The position numbers and the translations under genes were made by a program. A stretch of DNA of 63,969 nt, the filler included, from Octopus bimaculoides (lineage: Eukaryota): the NCBI RefSeq assembly GCF_001194135.2. It is 3 parts of 3 records of this genome, joined end to end, with 100 filler letters (N's around TTAATTAATTAA, not from the genome) between each part and the next. Parts side by side here need not be neighbours in the genome. Positions count along the whole stretch, not along the records: positions 23,601 to 55,428 come from NC_068996.1; 2 more parts are not named here. The stretch is one strand, 5' to 3'. Shown in pieces: positions 25,136-38,024 of the stretch; the first letter of the stretch is position 1; each line of letters begins with the position of its first letter. Below the pieces are notes generated by a model that worked only from the letters and a program-made list of their open reading frames with translations, was not told the origin of the DNA and searched no databases.

Positions 25136-27488
25136 AATTAAATAAGTACCAGTGGAGCAATGAGGTCGATGTAATCAACTTACCCTCACCCTCACCCCCA
25201 AAATTGCTGGCCTTGTGCCAAAATTTGTTTTTCATCCCTTTGGTGGTGGGTCAATAAAACAAGGAGCAGTTGAGAATTGGGGTCACTGTAATCAACTTTT
25301 CTCCTCTCCTGAACTTGCTGGCCTTGTGCCAAAATTTGAAACCATTATAATAGGATGTAGAAGAGCAACAACTGTCACATGTCAATTCAGTTTGTTATGT
25401 GGCCATCACAAGAACTTACAGTAACACAAGACAAGCCAACTAGAAAGTCTATGAAGATGCTTGACCTGCTGGAAATAGCAGCCAAGTCTCCCTGAAATCA
25501 CTGTCTTAGAAAAGGACTCATTACAAAATGTAGTCCCTGATATACAAAAACACAGAATGATCACAGACAGAACATCTTTGATCAAACTGATAATCAAAAG
25601 TATTTCAGCTTTTGATTATAAGTCTGACCAAATCATTTTTTAGAAGTGTCTAATACATGCCATCTAGTCAGCCCTTTTTTTTTTTTCAACGCAATCAAGT
25701 GATTTGAAAGGGAATTTGGCAGTTATTTCTAACATATCAAATTACCACATAGAGTCTCCTGCCAAATGACTTTTAGTAATTTGTTGAGTTTGTAAACAAA
25801 TTTGGAGAAAGGGAATTGTGGTTCCATCAAAGTGGATTCAACCAGGTTGAGTAATTGAATAACACTTCTCAGCCAGACCCTGCCATGATATACTGTGCCA
25901 TTGATAAAATAAGAATCACTAACTTATTGGAATAACTAAATCATTAACTGGTTTGGAATTTCTTGCTAATTGTTGCTGTTATCATATCATCCCATCGTAT
26001 GTTATTGTAATCATCCCTGATGAGAGAACAGTAACACAAAGTTAGCTATATAAAAACGTACAAAGTATGAGAGCAAGTTAAATATTTTACTATTTATAGG
26101 GTGGTGTTAATTATCAAGTCTAATCATCTCAGTTAGATCTAAACAACAAGGAGACACAAAAAGAATGATAGTTCTTTCATGTAGGAGGAGGAAAAAAACA
26201 AAGCTAAAAATAAACGGTTTACTTTAAAGGAGCCATATTACAATAATTAAAATCAGCCATTAAAAGCAGAACTTTTACAAGTCATACAAACTGTCTTTAT
26301 ATCAACAATGGAGAATAGTTTCAAAGATATCTGGATGAGATCATTAATTAATCAAATGAGGATCAAAATCCACACATCTCTTTAGAAGCAATAAGAGATT
26401 TCTTTGAAAAAGATATTAATCCTTTTTACTGTAGAAATCAGATATATCCACTCAAAATTTCAACCTCTCTAACTGCAGAAAGCAGTTTTATATCCCAATC
26501 TATCTTTTGTTGAGGAATGTCATGTTTGAAACTGCATTTTGTCAGGATATGTCAGTTCATTGAGGCAACGTGACTTGCAGAAAATACCAATTCTAATTTT
26601 TGGCAGATATTTAACATCATTGCTGGAATAACAATGAAATTTAATTTTGCAGTGAAGGAGTTAAGGAAGTGAACCATTATCACCAGAATACACAAACGGC
26701 AGAATGTAAAAAAAAAATAGGAAGGTTAATTATTAGTTTGGTATTGTCTGGAGTCTACAACAATTGTATAAATTTAAATTTTAAATGTTAGATGCTTAAG
26801 TTTGGGTTCAAACAACAATGACTTTTGAATAAATTCTGAATTAATTCAAGTAACAGGGGTTTTGAATAATATAGTAGCCTCATGAGTAGATGTAATTGCA
26901 CTATTCAACTGTGGGGATGAGATGAGCCTGAAGGAAAGGGTTGTGATGTCAATGATCAAGGGTCCTGACCGGAACAAGAAGGGGAAGTGAGGGAAGGAAG
27001 ACCAGGGCCATGAACAGACATGAGGAGAGCAAGCTAGAGGGAATGGCATTAGCAGCTGCTTTTGTCAGGTGTGATGGGCAGGCCACAAGTTTTGGACTTA
27101 GTACAGCTGGGTGGTAGACAATGAGGAGATAGATGAACCAGTTTTTATTTCTCCACATTACAGATCCCTCATACAACAAGCTATTTTAGCAGCTATCTCT
27201 GCTGCCCCTTTGGTTTGAACCCTCTTTTCATTGGTAACCACTGATCCTACCCAGCCAAGCATTTTGCAATTAAGACTGCATTATACATTTAAAAGGTAAA
27301 AATCCCTTCAGGGCAAAAATTGACACATATTCATTCAAATATTTGCCCTGAGGAGATTTTTACCTTCATGAAAGTAAGAAATTGAAATGTATGTACGCCA
27401 TATGAAATTGACTATTATATAAATGAATTGATTTTTTTCTGTGTTCAAACTCTCCATTTTCTTTATATTATATATATATATATACACA

Positions 27489-27700
27489 CACAAGGGTGTG
27501 CTGAAAAGTTCCAGTAAAAGAAAATACAGGTGGATCAGTCAATTATGATTTTATTTAACATATTCCTCTCTCAGATTCACACACTTATTGCAGTGGTCCT
27601 TCAGTTTTTTTAAGCCCTGTAAAAGAACTCAGAAGGTGGGCCTCCAACCAAGTCTTTCACAGTAACCTTAAAGCCAGAAAATTTTCAGCACCCCTTCGTA
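27489..27700. mobile_element. About 210-bp Tc1/mariner-derived MITE
   Basis: Ends agggtgtgctgaaaagttcc / aaattttcagcaccccttcgTA; second copy at 58261-58478. Confidence 0.7.
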
Positions 27701-28313
27701 TATCTACTCTCTTTTTCTAAGGATCCTACAATGTGAAGGAGTTTTTTTTTCTTCTCTACACACCTCTGCACACAAACTTTACTAACATTTCATATTCCTT
27801 CCTTTTTTTTATTGTTAATAAATCTGTCATAATAATACAAAGCTTTCAATCCATTTACTTTGAATTATGAATAGGGTTTTAGGAATAGCTGTATTAATCC
27901 ATCTCACATGATCTAACCTTGTTCATAAAACCAAATGAGGGTGAAGGCTTGTCATTTATTAAAGAATGTGCATTTTATGCACACCACAGTGTGGGTCAGA
28001 AGAACTTCAGTAAATTTAAATATTACAAAGCCAAGCTGTGGAAGGAATAAGAATATAAGCACATGCTCACTATACAAAAGTATATGTGGGAAAAAAAGTG
28101 ATGTCTGTCTCCTGATTGACCATTTCATAGTTTGTTGAATTGAATCCGTTTTGGATTTCTGGTCTCCTTGATCTTTGACTAAAAAGTTTTTCAGGCACAC
28201 GCACACACACACACACACACACACAATAGCTACATACATATATACATATATACATCTTAGCTGCTTTCTTGTATAAGAACAAAGCCATTGCTAGAAAGAA
28301 TCATTGAAATGAG

Positions 28314-28867
<554 letters not shown>

Positions 28868-29580
28868 CAAGTCATTAGCCATCAGTCATCCCTAAGGATG
28901 ACTAGATGATCCTCACCACTCTGAAGAATGAACATACACATTAAGAGAAGGAATCCCTATCAAGATGGCTTGAAAATCCAAACAACATCCAAACAAGGAT
29001 GTTCAGTATAGATTCTCAAAAGTGTTTAGTATAAACAAATGAACAATTTATATCCACCAAAATGTCAACAATAATAATAGTTATAAACAAATTTGAGTAA
29101 ACACTTGGTTGTAACAATCAAAGGGAACATAACCTGAATATAAAATATGCAGGTTTCCTAAACAAATAAATAAAAGAAAAATATTTACAGAACACAAGTA
29201 CCATGGAAGAACAAACAAGAAGAGTATTACCATAACAATTAGAAGACATTATCTTCCAAGGATATTCTATGTCTCTAATTTTTTTGCATTGCTCTTGCAC
29301 CTTTGACTAAAATACTCAAGAGTAAAAATTGTAGATACATTTTAAGAGGTTGAGAAAAAAAGTCCAGTTGTTCAATTAGAAAACATAATCTACATTAAAA
29401 AATTACATAGAATTACTACCACACAATGAAGATGGTAAGTACAGTTTGATATCAACAATGGTGTAAGTGCCATTACATAATATGTAGGTAAGTATCATAA
29501 CATAATAATTACATGTGTTTTAAAAATGGCAAAAAGTAATTGTTTATAACAAGGTAAGAGTTTGTCTCACTCAACATTAA

Positions 29581-29801
29581 CCTATTAGCATTCAGCTTAC
29601 TCTGTCCAATGTAATGCTTATTTATTCATTGTTTTCAAATTATCCTGCATTATCTTGTAGCATTGAGATTTTGATTATGTGACTGTATATATTTTAGACT
29701 AACATTGGAAGGCAGGTATGAGAGGCTGAATCTGGTCAGTTTAACATAAAACAGGAAGAATATATTTTGGCTGAATATGGCTGGTTTTAAATGCTAAAGG
29801 G
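29581..29801. mobile_element. 221-bp MITE with TTAA TSD (piggyBac-type ends CCCTTTAGCATT)
   Basis: TTAA|CCTATTAGCATT ... AATGCTAAAGGG|TTAA. Confidence 0.8.
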
Positions 29802-30275
29802 TTAAATCCCCAGATTTAGTGGTGTACTGATGGAATTGGTAGAGCATCAGACAAAATGCTTGTGATTTTTAGATATGGCACTTTACTTTCCGCGGATCAA
29901 TCCCATTGATATCAAATCTGATTTTCATCTCTCCTTTTTAAGTTGATAAAATAAATCGTCAGTTGAGTAGTGTGATTGATTTATTATTCCTGTGAATAAT
30001 TTTAGGCAGCTAAAATAATAGACTAGCTTAAAAGCCCCCCTATTGGGAAGTTCTAAGCTAGTATATGGTTTTTAAGCTACTGACTGTAAATGGGAAAATC
30101 TGCAAACAGATCTCTGACTTGTTTTGGAGAATTTGTTGCAATTACTTCCTTCAGAGTCCTATCTCAATGATGATCATATTTGTCACAAAAAAATCACATA
30201 AAAAAAATCACTGAAAATAATCGCTGGATTTCACAATTAATTTCGATTATTCCCAAAATTTATTTCTAACTTGTG

Positions 30276-30594
30276 AAAATTGTTATCATACAAAAAAATT
30301 TGGAGTAAAAAATCACGTAAAAATATTGCCAAAAACAATCGCAGTAATGAAAACTTGGGAATCCAAAATTTCAGGATTGTGGGTCCAGATTCAGCCCAGA
30401 ATGTTTTTAATTTATTCATGGAGTTGGCCTTTAGATTATAAAAATTATTATCATACAAAAAAATTTGTCACAAAAAATCATGTAAAAAAATTGCCAAAAA
30501 CAATTGTAGTAATGAAAACTTGAGAATCCAAAATTTCAGGATTGTGGGTCCAGAGTCAGCCCAGAATGTTTTTAATTTACTCATGGAGTCAGCC
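30276..30594. repeat. Tandem repeat, 165-bp unit, two copies plus a partial one
   Basis: atccaaaatttcaggattgtgggtccaga at 30361 and 30526. Confidence 0.85.
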
Positions 30595-31061
30595 TAATTC
30601 CAAAATGGTATGATATGTTGGGCTACAGCCTCTAAGAGTAAAGTTGAAAAAATGTGACACACTGACATTCGCATTTATTATATAGAAGATGAAGAAAGCT
30701 GTTAAGTGAAACTAATGATAATGAAAAAAGCTTAGTATAAAAATATGGTATAAGCAATTAACATTACAAATACACCTGTAAATATATGGCCTAGTGGTCA
30801 GGATGTTGCACTCATGATTGCTAGATTGTGATTTCAATTCCTAGACTTGGTGGTGCATTGTGTTCTTGAGCATCTCATGTTACTCTGCAGTCACTTTGAT
30901 ACCTGATGCGTAGTACACTGTGCAGCTGTTCAGACAACATCGATTTGATGGAGAGAGTGAGCTAAGGTACAGCACGAATATTTGATCACTATAAACAAAT
31001 AATTTGTGCAGGATGTTTGGCAAAAGTTGAATGTTTGTACACTGTCTTTGATGGCAGAGTT

Positions 31062-31144
<83 letters not shown>

Positions 31145-31512
31145 CACATACATACATACAGACAGAAAGACAGATAGTTAAGCTATATTCTGCTAAGAAC
31201 GTAGTAGAGTACAGCATAAAGCTCATCCACATTCAGATTCACCTGGTGGTGGAGTGATTACAAATAAATGTTCCTCTGCACACGTTGTTGACTCCAACTT
31301 ATTCAATTATATATATATATATATATATATNNNNNNNNNNNNNNNNNNNNNNNNNNNNNNNNNNNNNNNNNNNNNNNNNNNNNNNNNNNNNNNNNNNNNN
31401 NNNNNNNNNNNNNNNNNNNNNNNNNNNNNNNNNNNNNNNNNNNNNNNNNNNNNNNNNNNNNNNNNNNNNNNNNNNNNNNNNNNNNNNNNNNNNNNNNNNN
31501 NNNNNNNNNNNN

Positions 31513-31548
<36 letters not shown>

Positions 31549-32880
31549 CACACACACACATATATATAAGCCACATTTTTATATGCAGGAAGCAAGTGAA
31601 ATTAAAATGATGGCTTACAAATTACTCAAAACTACATAGTAACTATCCAAATACTTATCCAACAGGATGGCTGTGTGGTAGGATGTTTTCTTCCCAGCCA
31701 CATGGTTCCAGGTTCAGTCCCTCTATGTGGCATCTTAGTTAAATGTCTTCTATTAAAGCCACCAATCAAAGCTTTGTGAGTGAATTTGGTAGATGCAAAT
31801 TGAAAGAGGCCCACTGTATACATATGTGTGTGTGTCTTGATGCTTGTCTCCTCACTACCACTTGACAACTGATGTTGGTTTGTTTATGCTCCCATAACTT
31901 AGTCGTTCAACAAAAGTGACCAATAAAATAAGTACTAGGTTTAAAATGAAAAGTACTGGGGTTAATTTGTTCAGCTAAAAAAAAAAAAAACCAGAAGTCT
32001 TCAAGGAGTCTCCCTCATCCCCCACCCGGTATTGCCACAGACTGAAACAAGTAAAAGATAAAATAAAAATTACAAAAAAAAAAATAGACTAAAATTGGCA
32101 TCCAATAGAATATATAAGCTCAAAAGCTAAACAATACCAACATTGTCAAAATCTATGAAACATACAAAGAAAACAATGGAGAAACAATGAAGAACGAATG
32201 GCAAAATAAGCTCATCAACGAGAAGACTCCTTTAATAATAGATAATCTAGCTTTGATAAAGCTTGCATAGATAATCATCTTGAAAGACAATTAAATGAGA
32301 GCACTTGTATTTACAGCAAAAACTTCAGTGTCTTTTCACATGTTACAACAAGAAAAATCCTTTTTGTTCTTTTGTTTTGTTTTGTTTTTGCTTTTGTTTT
32401 CTCTCTTTTAATGAAGACATTAAATTGGCATGCTGAGTGCATGGGATATGACAAAATGTTACAATATCTACAAAATGAAGTTCATGAATTTTGGTGATGT
32501 TTGAATGTTGTGTGTGTATGGGGTGGAGGAGATGAGCTCTTGACACTTCATCTGAGAAACATGACAAAGTGGCAGTCACCAAAATATCAGGTTCCTTTCC
32601 TTAGAATTTGCCTGTTTTACCTGTTAGAACATTTCTACATTAGGTGCCTGATTCTCACTATGATAGATTATACTTATTTGCAATATAAAGCATTGGAGCA
32701 CTGCTGTCGGAATATCCTGATACTAGGCAGAGAAGACAATGAAGGAATCTTTACATGACCACTTGGCCTGCTAGAATTAGCAGCTAAGTCTCCCTAAAAG
32801 CAATACCCTAATTACTTGAAAACATTGGATAATGTAGTTATAGATGAGTATTGCAGGATCTGGGGTTAACCAACAAGATT

Positions 32881-34189
32881 ATGAGCTGGGGAAGATTTCA
32901 ACAGATTTTACAAGTATTGTGCTTTGATGATGCTAGTTCAAGAAGAAAAAAGAGAAGTGATGATAAATTGGAGCCCATAAGAGAAGTATTTGAAATGTGG
33001 AATCAGAATTTGTAAGATGGATATGTTCCAAGTTCATGCATGGTAGTTGATGAACAATTAGTTTCATTCAGAGGGTGCTGCCCATTCTGGGTATATATTC
33101 CTTCAAAACCAGAGAAATATGGAATTAAAATTTGGGCAATATGCAACAGTGAAACATCTTATGCCTGGAAAATGTAAATCTACACTGAAAAAGACCCAGT
33201 AAAAGGGAGAGAGACAAATCAAGGTTCAAGAATTGTTGAAGACCTAGTAAAAGAACTTGTAAATACTGGTTGCAATATAACTTGTGATAATTTTTTTACA
33301 AGTCTAGGATTGGCTTGAAAGCTGATAAGTAAGAAACTACTTTAGTTGGAACAATGAGAAAGAAAAGAGTTGAACTTCTAAGTGCTTTCATAGTTGGAAA
33401 AGAAAGAGAAATCAACAGCACAATATTTGAATTTCAAAAGGATTCTATGATCCTGTTTTATTGCCCCAAGAAAAGTTATGTAGTCACACTTATGAGTACA
33501 GTGCACTCTCAGCCTTCAATTGATTCAAAAAGTGTTGAAAAGAAACCAGAAGTTATTACATGTTACAACAAAACAAAAGAAGGAGTAGATACCCTAGATA
33601 AGATGGTAAGGACATACACTTACAAAAGAATGACTCAAAGATGGCCTATGGTTATATTCTACAACATGATTGATATAAGCACAGTGAATGCTTTCATTGT
33701 TGCTAAACAGCTTTACTTGCAAAGTTTCAAGGATAAAAGACGACAGTGCTTAATTCAGTTAGGAATGGAACTTACTGGAGTTAATGCTAAACAAGAACAT
33801 GACAAACAATCTTCTAGTTCTGCTAACATTTCTCAATCAAACAAGAAAAGAAGATGATCTTCAACCTCATTTGCGATTCCTCAGCCAAAAAAGGAAGATG
33901 TTCTTTGGCCCCCAAAAAGACAAGAAAACTTGTATTACATGTAAGAATTGCCAAGAACATTCCAATGTTGTCTGCATTCACTGCCATGAAGAGCTGTTAT
34001 TCTGTAAGCTGTATTTTTACTATTAAAATTTGTGTGAAACAGTAATTCTTCTTTCATCTGATAGCATATATAATGTAGCTAAGAAATAATGGTAGTTTGA
34101 ATAAAATTTAATTAAAAATAATACATTGGGTTCATTGGACCCAGATGATAATTAGTGTCATACATTTACTCCAGTAGACCAAGGGTTAA
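32881..34189 (+). mobile_element. piggyBac (PGBD4-like) transposase fossil with 3' end GGG|TTAA
   Basis: MVVDEQLVSFRG, YIPSKPEKYGIKIW, CDNFFTS, YNKTKEGVDTLDKM, RWPMVIFYNMIDIS, decayed Cys-rich C-terminus; several stops and frameshifts; AGGG-TTAA at 34182-34189; no matching 5' TIR found. Confidence 0.9.
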
Positions 34190-35639
34190 TCATCTAAAAC
34201 TATCATAAACATACAGAAAATCATAATACCAAGTATGAGAGACTAATGGAAATATTCTAGGATCTGGAAGTCCTTTAAAGGCAAAGCAATTTTGTAAATA
34301 CCTTCTTCCAAATCCTACTTGCAAACAAAACAGAAAGGTCAAACCTTTGGCTAATACTGTATCTGCCACTTCTGTCCACTTTCCCATAAAATTTGTCCAT
34401 TGTCAGGATGTCTCCTGGTGCTTTTACATTTTACATCAGGTGATAACTGACGAAGTGGATGATAGATTTATTTAAAAAAGTAAAAAAAAAAAGGACCTTA
34501 CCTCAGCCATTTTAATCTTGCCAATTACATAACTTTTTGCTTTATTAATCAGGCAGAGAAAAGCTGGCTCAACCTGAGTCAAGAAGGATCTTCTATTTGA
34601 TCATGCAATCTTATAGCAATGACAGCCAAAACTCTCAAATCATGCCTTACTGCTACTTGAAGAAAAAAAATTACATATCAGACAATGCAATCTGAGAAAG
34701 CTAGAAAGCCTTTAATCATAGATCTGTCCTACCAAAAATGGCTTGGAATTAAAGAACAATGATATCCTTAAACTTCATAATAATTATAAAATGTTGAATG
34801 GTTTTGAGAATAGACACAACTGAAATTGTTATTCATTTATTTCATAAGATTAACTGTTCTATAAAGGATACACAGAGATTGATTCCCAGGTGTTGAATGC
34901 ACATTAATAACATCTGGCTATTTGTAATTTCACACATATATATGCAGCCCTCTATATGGTCATTCGACATACAAAGAATAGTAGCCAAGATCCTCAAATC
35001 ACAATCTACTATTTTTTTGTGTAGGGATAAATTGGACAATATAATTCTAAATGTACAAAAAGACAGTATGGTTTTGGCATAAATAATTTTGATCAATGAG
35101 AGTTGAGCTGAAACCAGTAGTTTTCTCTAATAGTGCCTTCAGTATCTCAGTATCAAACTCAGATGAAAAAGTTGTAAAAATAACCTCACATCTCTGATGG
35201 TGCTCCTTTAGCATGTGGCCTACTGCAGTATCAGTAGTCCATGTCATGAAATGACCTGGATTTGGGTTAGGGTTAGGGTTAGAGTAAGGGTCAAGGCTAG
35301 AATTAGACTGCATACCAAAGTGTAAATGGCCAGGCAGACTGTACACTGAAGTGGCACCTGTCTGACTTTGAAAGAGGAAAAGCTACTCACCTTTTATCAT
35401 CAGTGCCCATAGTCACTGCACTAATAATCGGCAGTTTTTACATTCCAGGAAGTCAGAACTGAACCAAATTCCAAGCAACAAGGCATAGCATGATAATACA
35501 TTTAAAAACTCTCAACGTTAAGAAATTTTAGTTCCAACTAAATTATCCAGCATAGGAAAATAAATATTGCAAGAGCAAAAAGGAGGACATATGTAGAGAG
35601 AGAGACAAAGTTGTTTCTTTAGGTATAGATGACTTTTAA

Positions 35640-36063
35640 GGACTTATGTTTCTTGTAAGCAGGAGAACCCAGTCATGGCTGTCAGACAATTTCTGCGACC
35701 ATATCACCCGTAACATCTGGCCACCTAACTCCCCAGGCTGCAACCCTCTTGATTATTATGTGTGGGGTGCAGTTGAGCAAAAGACCAACAAAATTCCTTG
35801 TAACATCAAAGATGAACTGAAGCCATGTATTATGGCAGCATTCATCAACTTAAACAAGGAAATGGTCCAGAAGAGTTGCAGGAGATTCTGAAATCGTCTG
35901 GAGGCCATGGTTGAAGCCAATGGCAATTTCATTGAATGAATTTACTCTTTAGTATTTCAAGATATTTTTATGTAATTTTGGTAAATATATCTATTAAAAT
36001 GAGATGTCAGTGCTATTTTCATCTCTGTGTAATTTAGATGACAGTTTATGCACAACACCCTGT
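35640..36063 (+). mobile_element. Tc1/mariner (maT/DD37D-like) transposase 3' fragment with right end
   Basis: WPPNSPGCNPLDYYVWGAVE...KDELK...RLEAMVEANGNFIE*; ends ...acaccctgTA. Confidence 0.8.
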
Positions 36064-36090
36064 ATGTATGTATGTATATGTATATATATC

Positions 36091-36147
<57 letters not shown>

Positions 36148-36228
36148 ATGTGTGTAAGTATAAAATGTGTATATATATGTGAGTATAAAATGTGTAAATA
36201 TATGTATGTATATATTTGTATATATATA

Positions 36229-38024
36229 TCATCATCATCATCATCGTTTAGCTCTGCTTCCCATGCTAGCATGGGTTGGATGATTTGACTGAGGACTGGC
36301 AAACCTGATGGCTGCACCTGGCTCCAATCTGATCTGGCAAAGTTTCTACAGCTGGATGCCCTTCCTAACACCAACCACTCCGAGAGTGTAGTGGGTGCTT
36401 TTATGTGCCACTGGCATGAGGGCCAGTCAGGCGGTACTGGCAACGGCCACGCTCAAATAGCGTTTTTACATGCCACCTGCACAGGAGCCAGTCTAGCAGC
36501 ACTGGCAACGACCTCACTCAAATGTTTTGTTCACGTGCCACCGGCACAAGTGCCAGTAAGGCAACACTGGTAACGATCATGCTAAAATGGTGCTTTTTAC
36601 GTGCTACAGGCACAGAAGCCAGACAGCTGCTCCAGCAGTGATCCCACTTGGATGGTGCTGTTAGCGCTCCACTGGTACAGGTGCAAGTCATCGAATTTGG
36701 TTCAGTTTCGATTTTCGATTTCACTTGCCCGAACAGGTCTTCGCAAGCAGAGTTTAGTGTCCAATGAAGGAAGGCTGGCACAAATGCCAGTCGTAGAATT
36801 TGGTTCGATTTCAAATTCGATTTCACTAGCCTAAACAGGTCTTCGCAAGCAAGGTTTTGTGTCCAAAGCAGGAAAGGTACGCATAAGTGGGCTGGCTACA
36901 CTCCTGGTAAAGGCCATGGGTTATGGTCTCATTTGTTTTGCCGGGTCTTCTTACGCACAGCATATTTCCAAAGGTCTCAGTCTCTAGTCATTGCCTAATG
37001 TTCGAAGGTCGTGCTTCACCACCTCAACCCAGGTCTTCCTGGGTCTACCTCTTCCACAGGTACCCTCAACCGCTAGGCTGTTGCACTTTTCACACAACTA
37101 TCCTCTTCCATTCTCTCCAAATGACCATACCAGCGCAATCGTCTCTCTTGCACACCACAACTGATGCTTCTTAGGTCCAACTTTTCTCTCAAAGTACTTA
37201 CACTCTGTCGAGTATGCACACTGACATTACTCATCCATTGGAGCATACTGGCTTTGCTCCTTGTGAGCTTACACATGTCCTCAGCAGTCACGTCCCATGT
37301 TTCACTGCCATGTAGCATGGCTGTTCATACACATGTGTCATACAGTCTGCCTTTTACTCTGAGTGAGAGGCCCTTTGACACCAGCAGAGGTAAGAGCTCT
37401 CTAAACTTTGCCCAGGCTATTCTTATTCTAGCAGCTACACTTTCAGTGCACCCTCCCCCACTACTAACTTGGTCACTTAGGTAATGGAAGATATCAACTA
37501 CTTCTAGTTTTTCTCCCTGGAATGTGGCAGAAGTTGTTTTCTGCACATTTTCAGTGTTTATTGCTCCTGAACATCTGCCACATACAAAAACTATCTTCCT
37601 AGTTAGCCTTCCTTTGATATTGCTGCGCCTCATATGTGCTCATAGCTTACACTGGGTGCATCTTATAGTTTCTACCTACGCCTTTTCTACAAATCGAGCA
37701 GGGCCATCTACCTGAAGGGGTTTGTGGTTTGTCTACCATCCTACTTATTAGGACTTTGGTTTTAGCTAGGTTGACTCTAAGGCCCTTCAATTCTAATCCT
37801 TGCTTCCACACCTGAAACTTCTCCTCTAGTTCTGATAGTGACTCAGCAATTAGCGCAAGGTCATCAGCATAGAGGAGCTCCCAGGGGCATCTTGTCTTGA
37901 ATTCTTCTGTTATTGCCTGGAGGACTATGATAAATAGGAGTGGGGTAAGGACTGAACCTTGGTGGACCCCTACCTCTACCTGGAATTCTTCACTGTACCT
38001 CTACCTCTACCTGGAATTCTTCAC
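36229..38024 (-). mobile_element. 5'-truncated RTE-clade LINE (RT C-terminal half, 3' UTR, (GAT)n tail)
   Basis: PWELLYADDLAL, RIRIAWAKFRELLPLL, MLHGSETW, RLRWYGH in frameshifted pieces; tail ...GCTAAACGATGATGAT on the minus strand. Confidence 0.92.

Noticed and set aside
30276-30594. Repeat-spacer-like pattern considered as a CRISPR array
   Set aside because: Eukaryotic context, the units are full tandem copies with no unique spacers, and there are no cas genes.
34501-34572. Possible 72-nt phase-0 exon ending ATGGCTGAG|gtaagg as TOGARAM1 exon 2
   Set aside because: The peptide does not resemble TOGARAM1, and the acceptor lies in a dispersed repeat.
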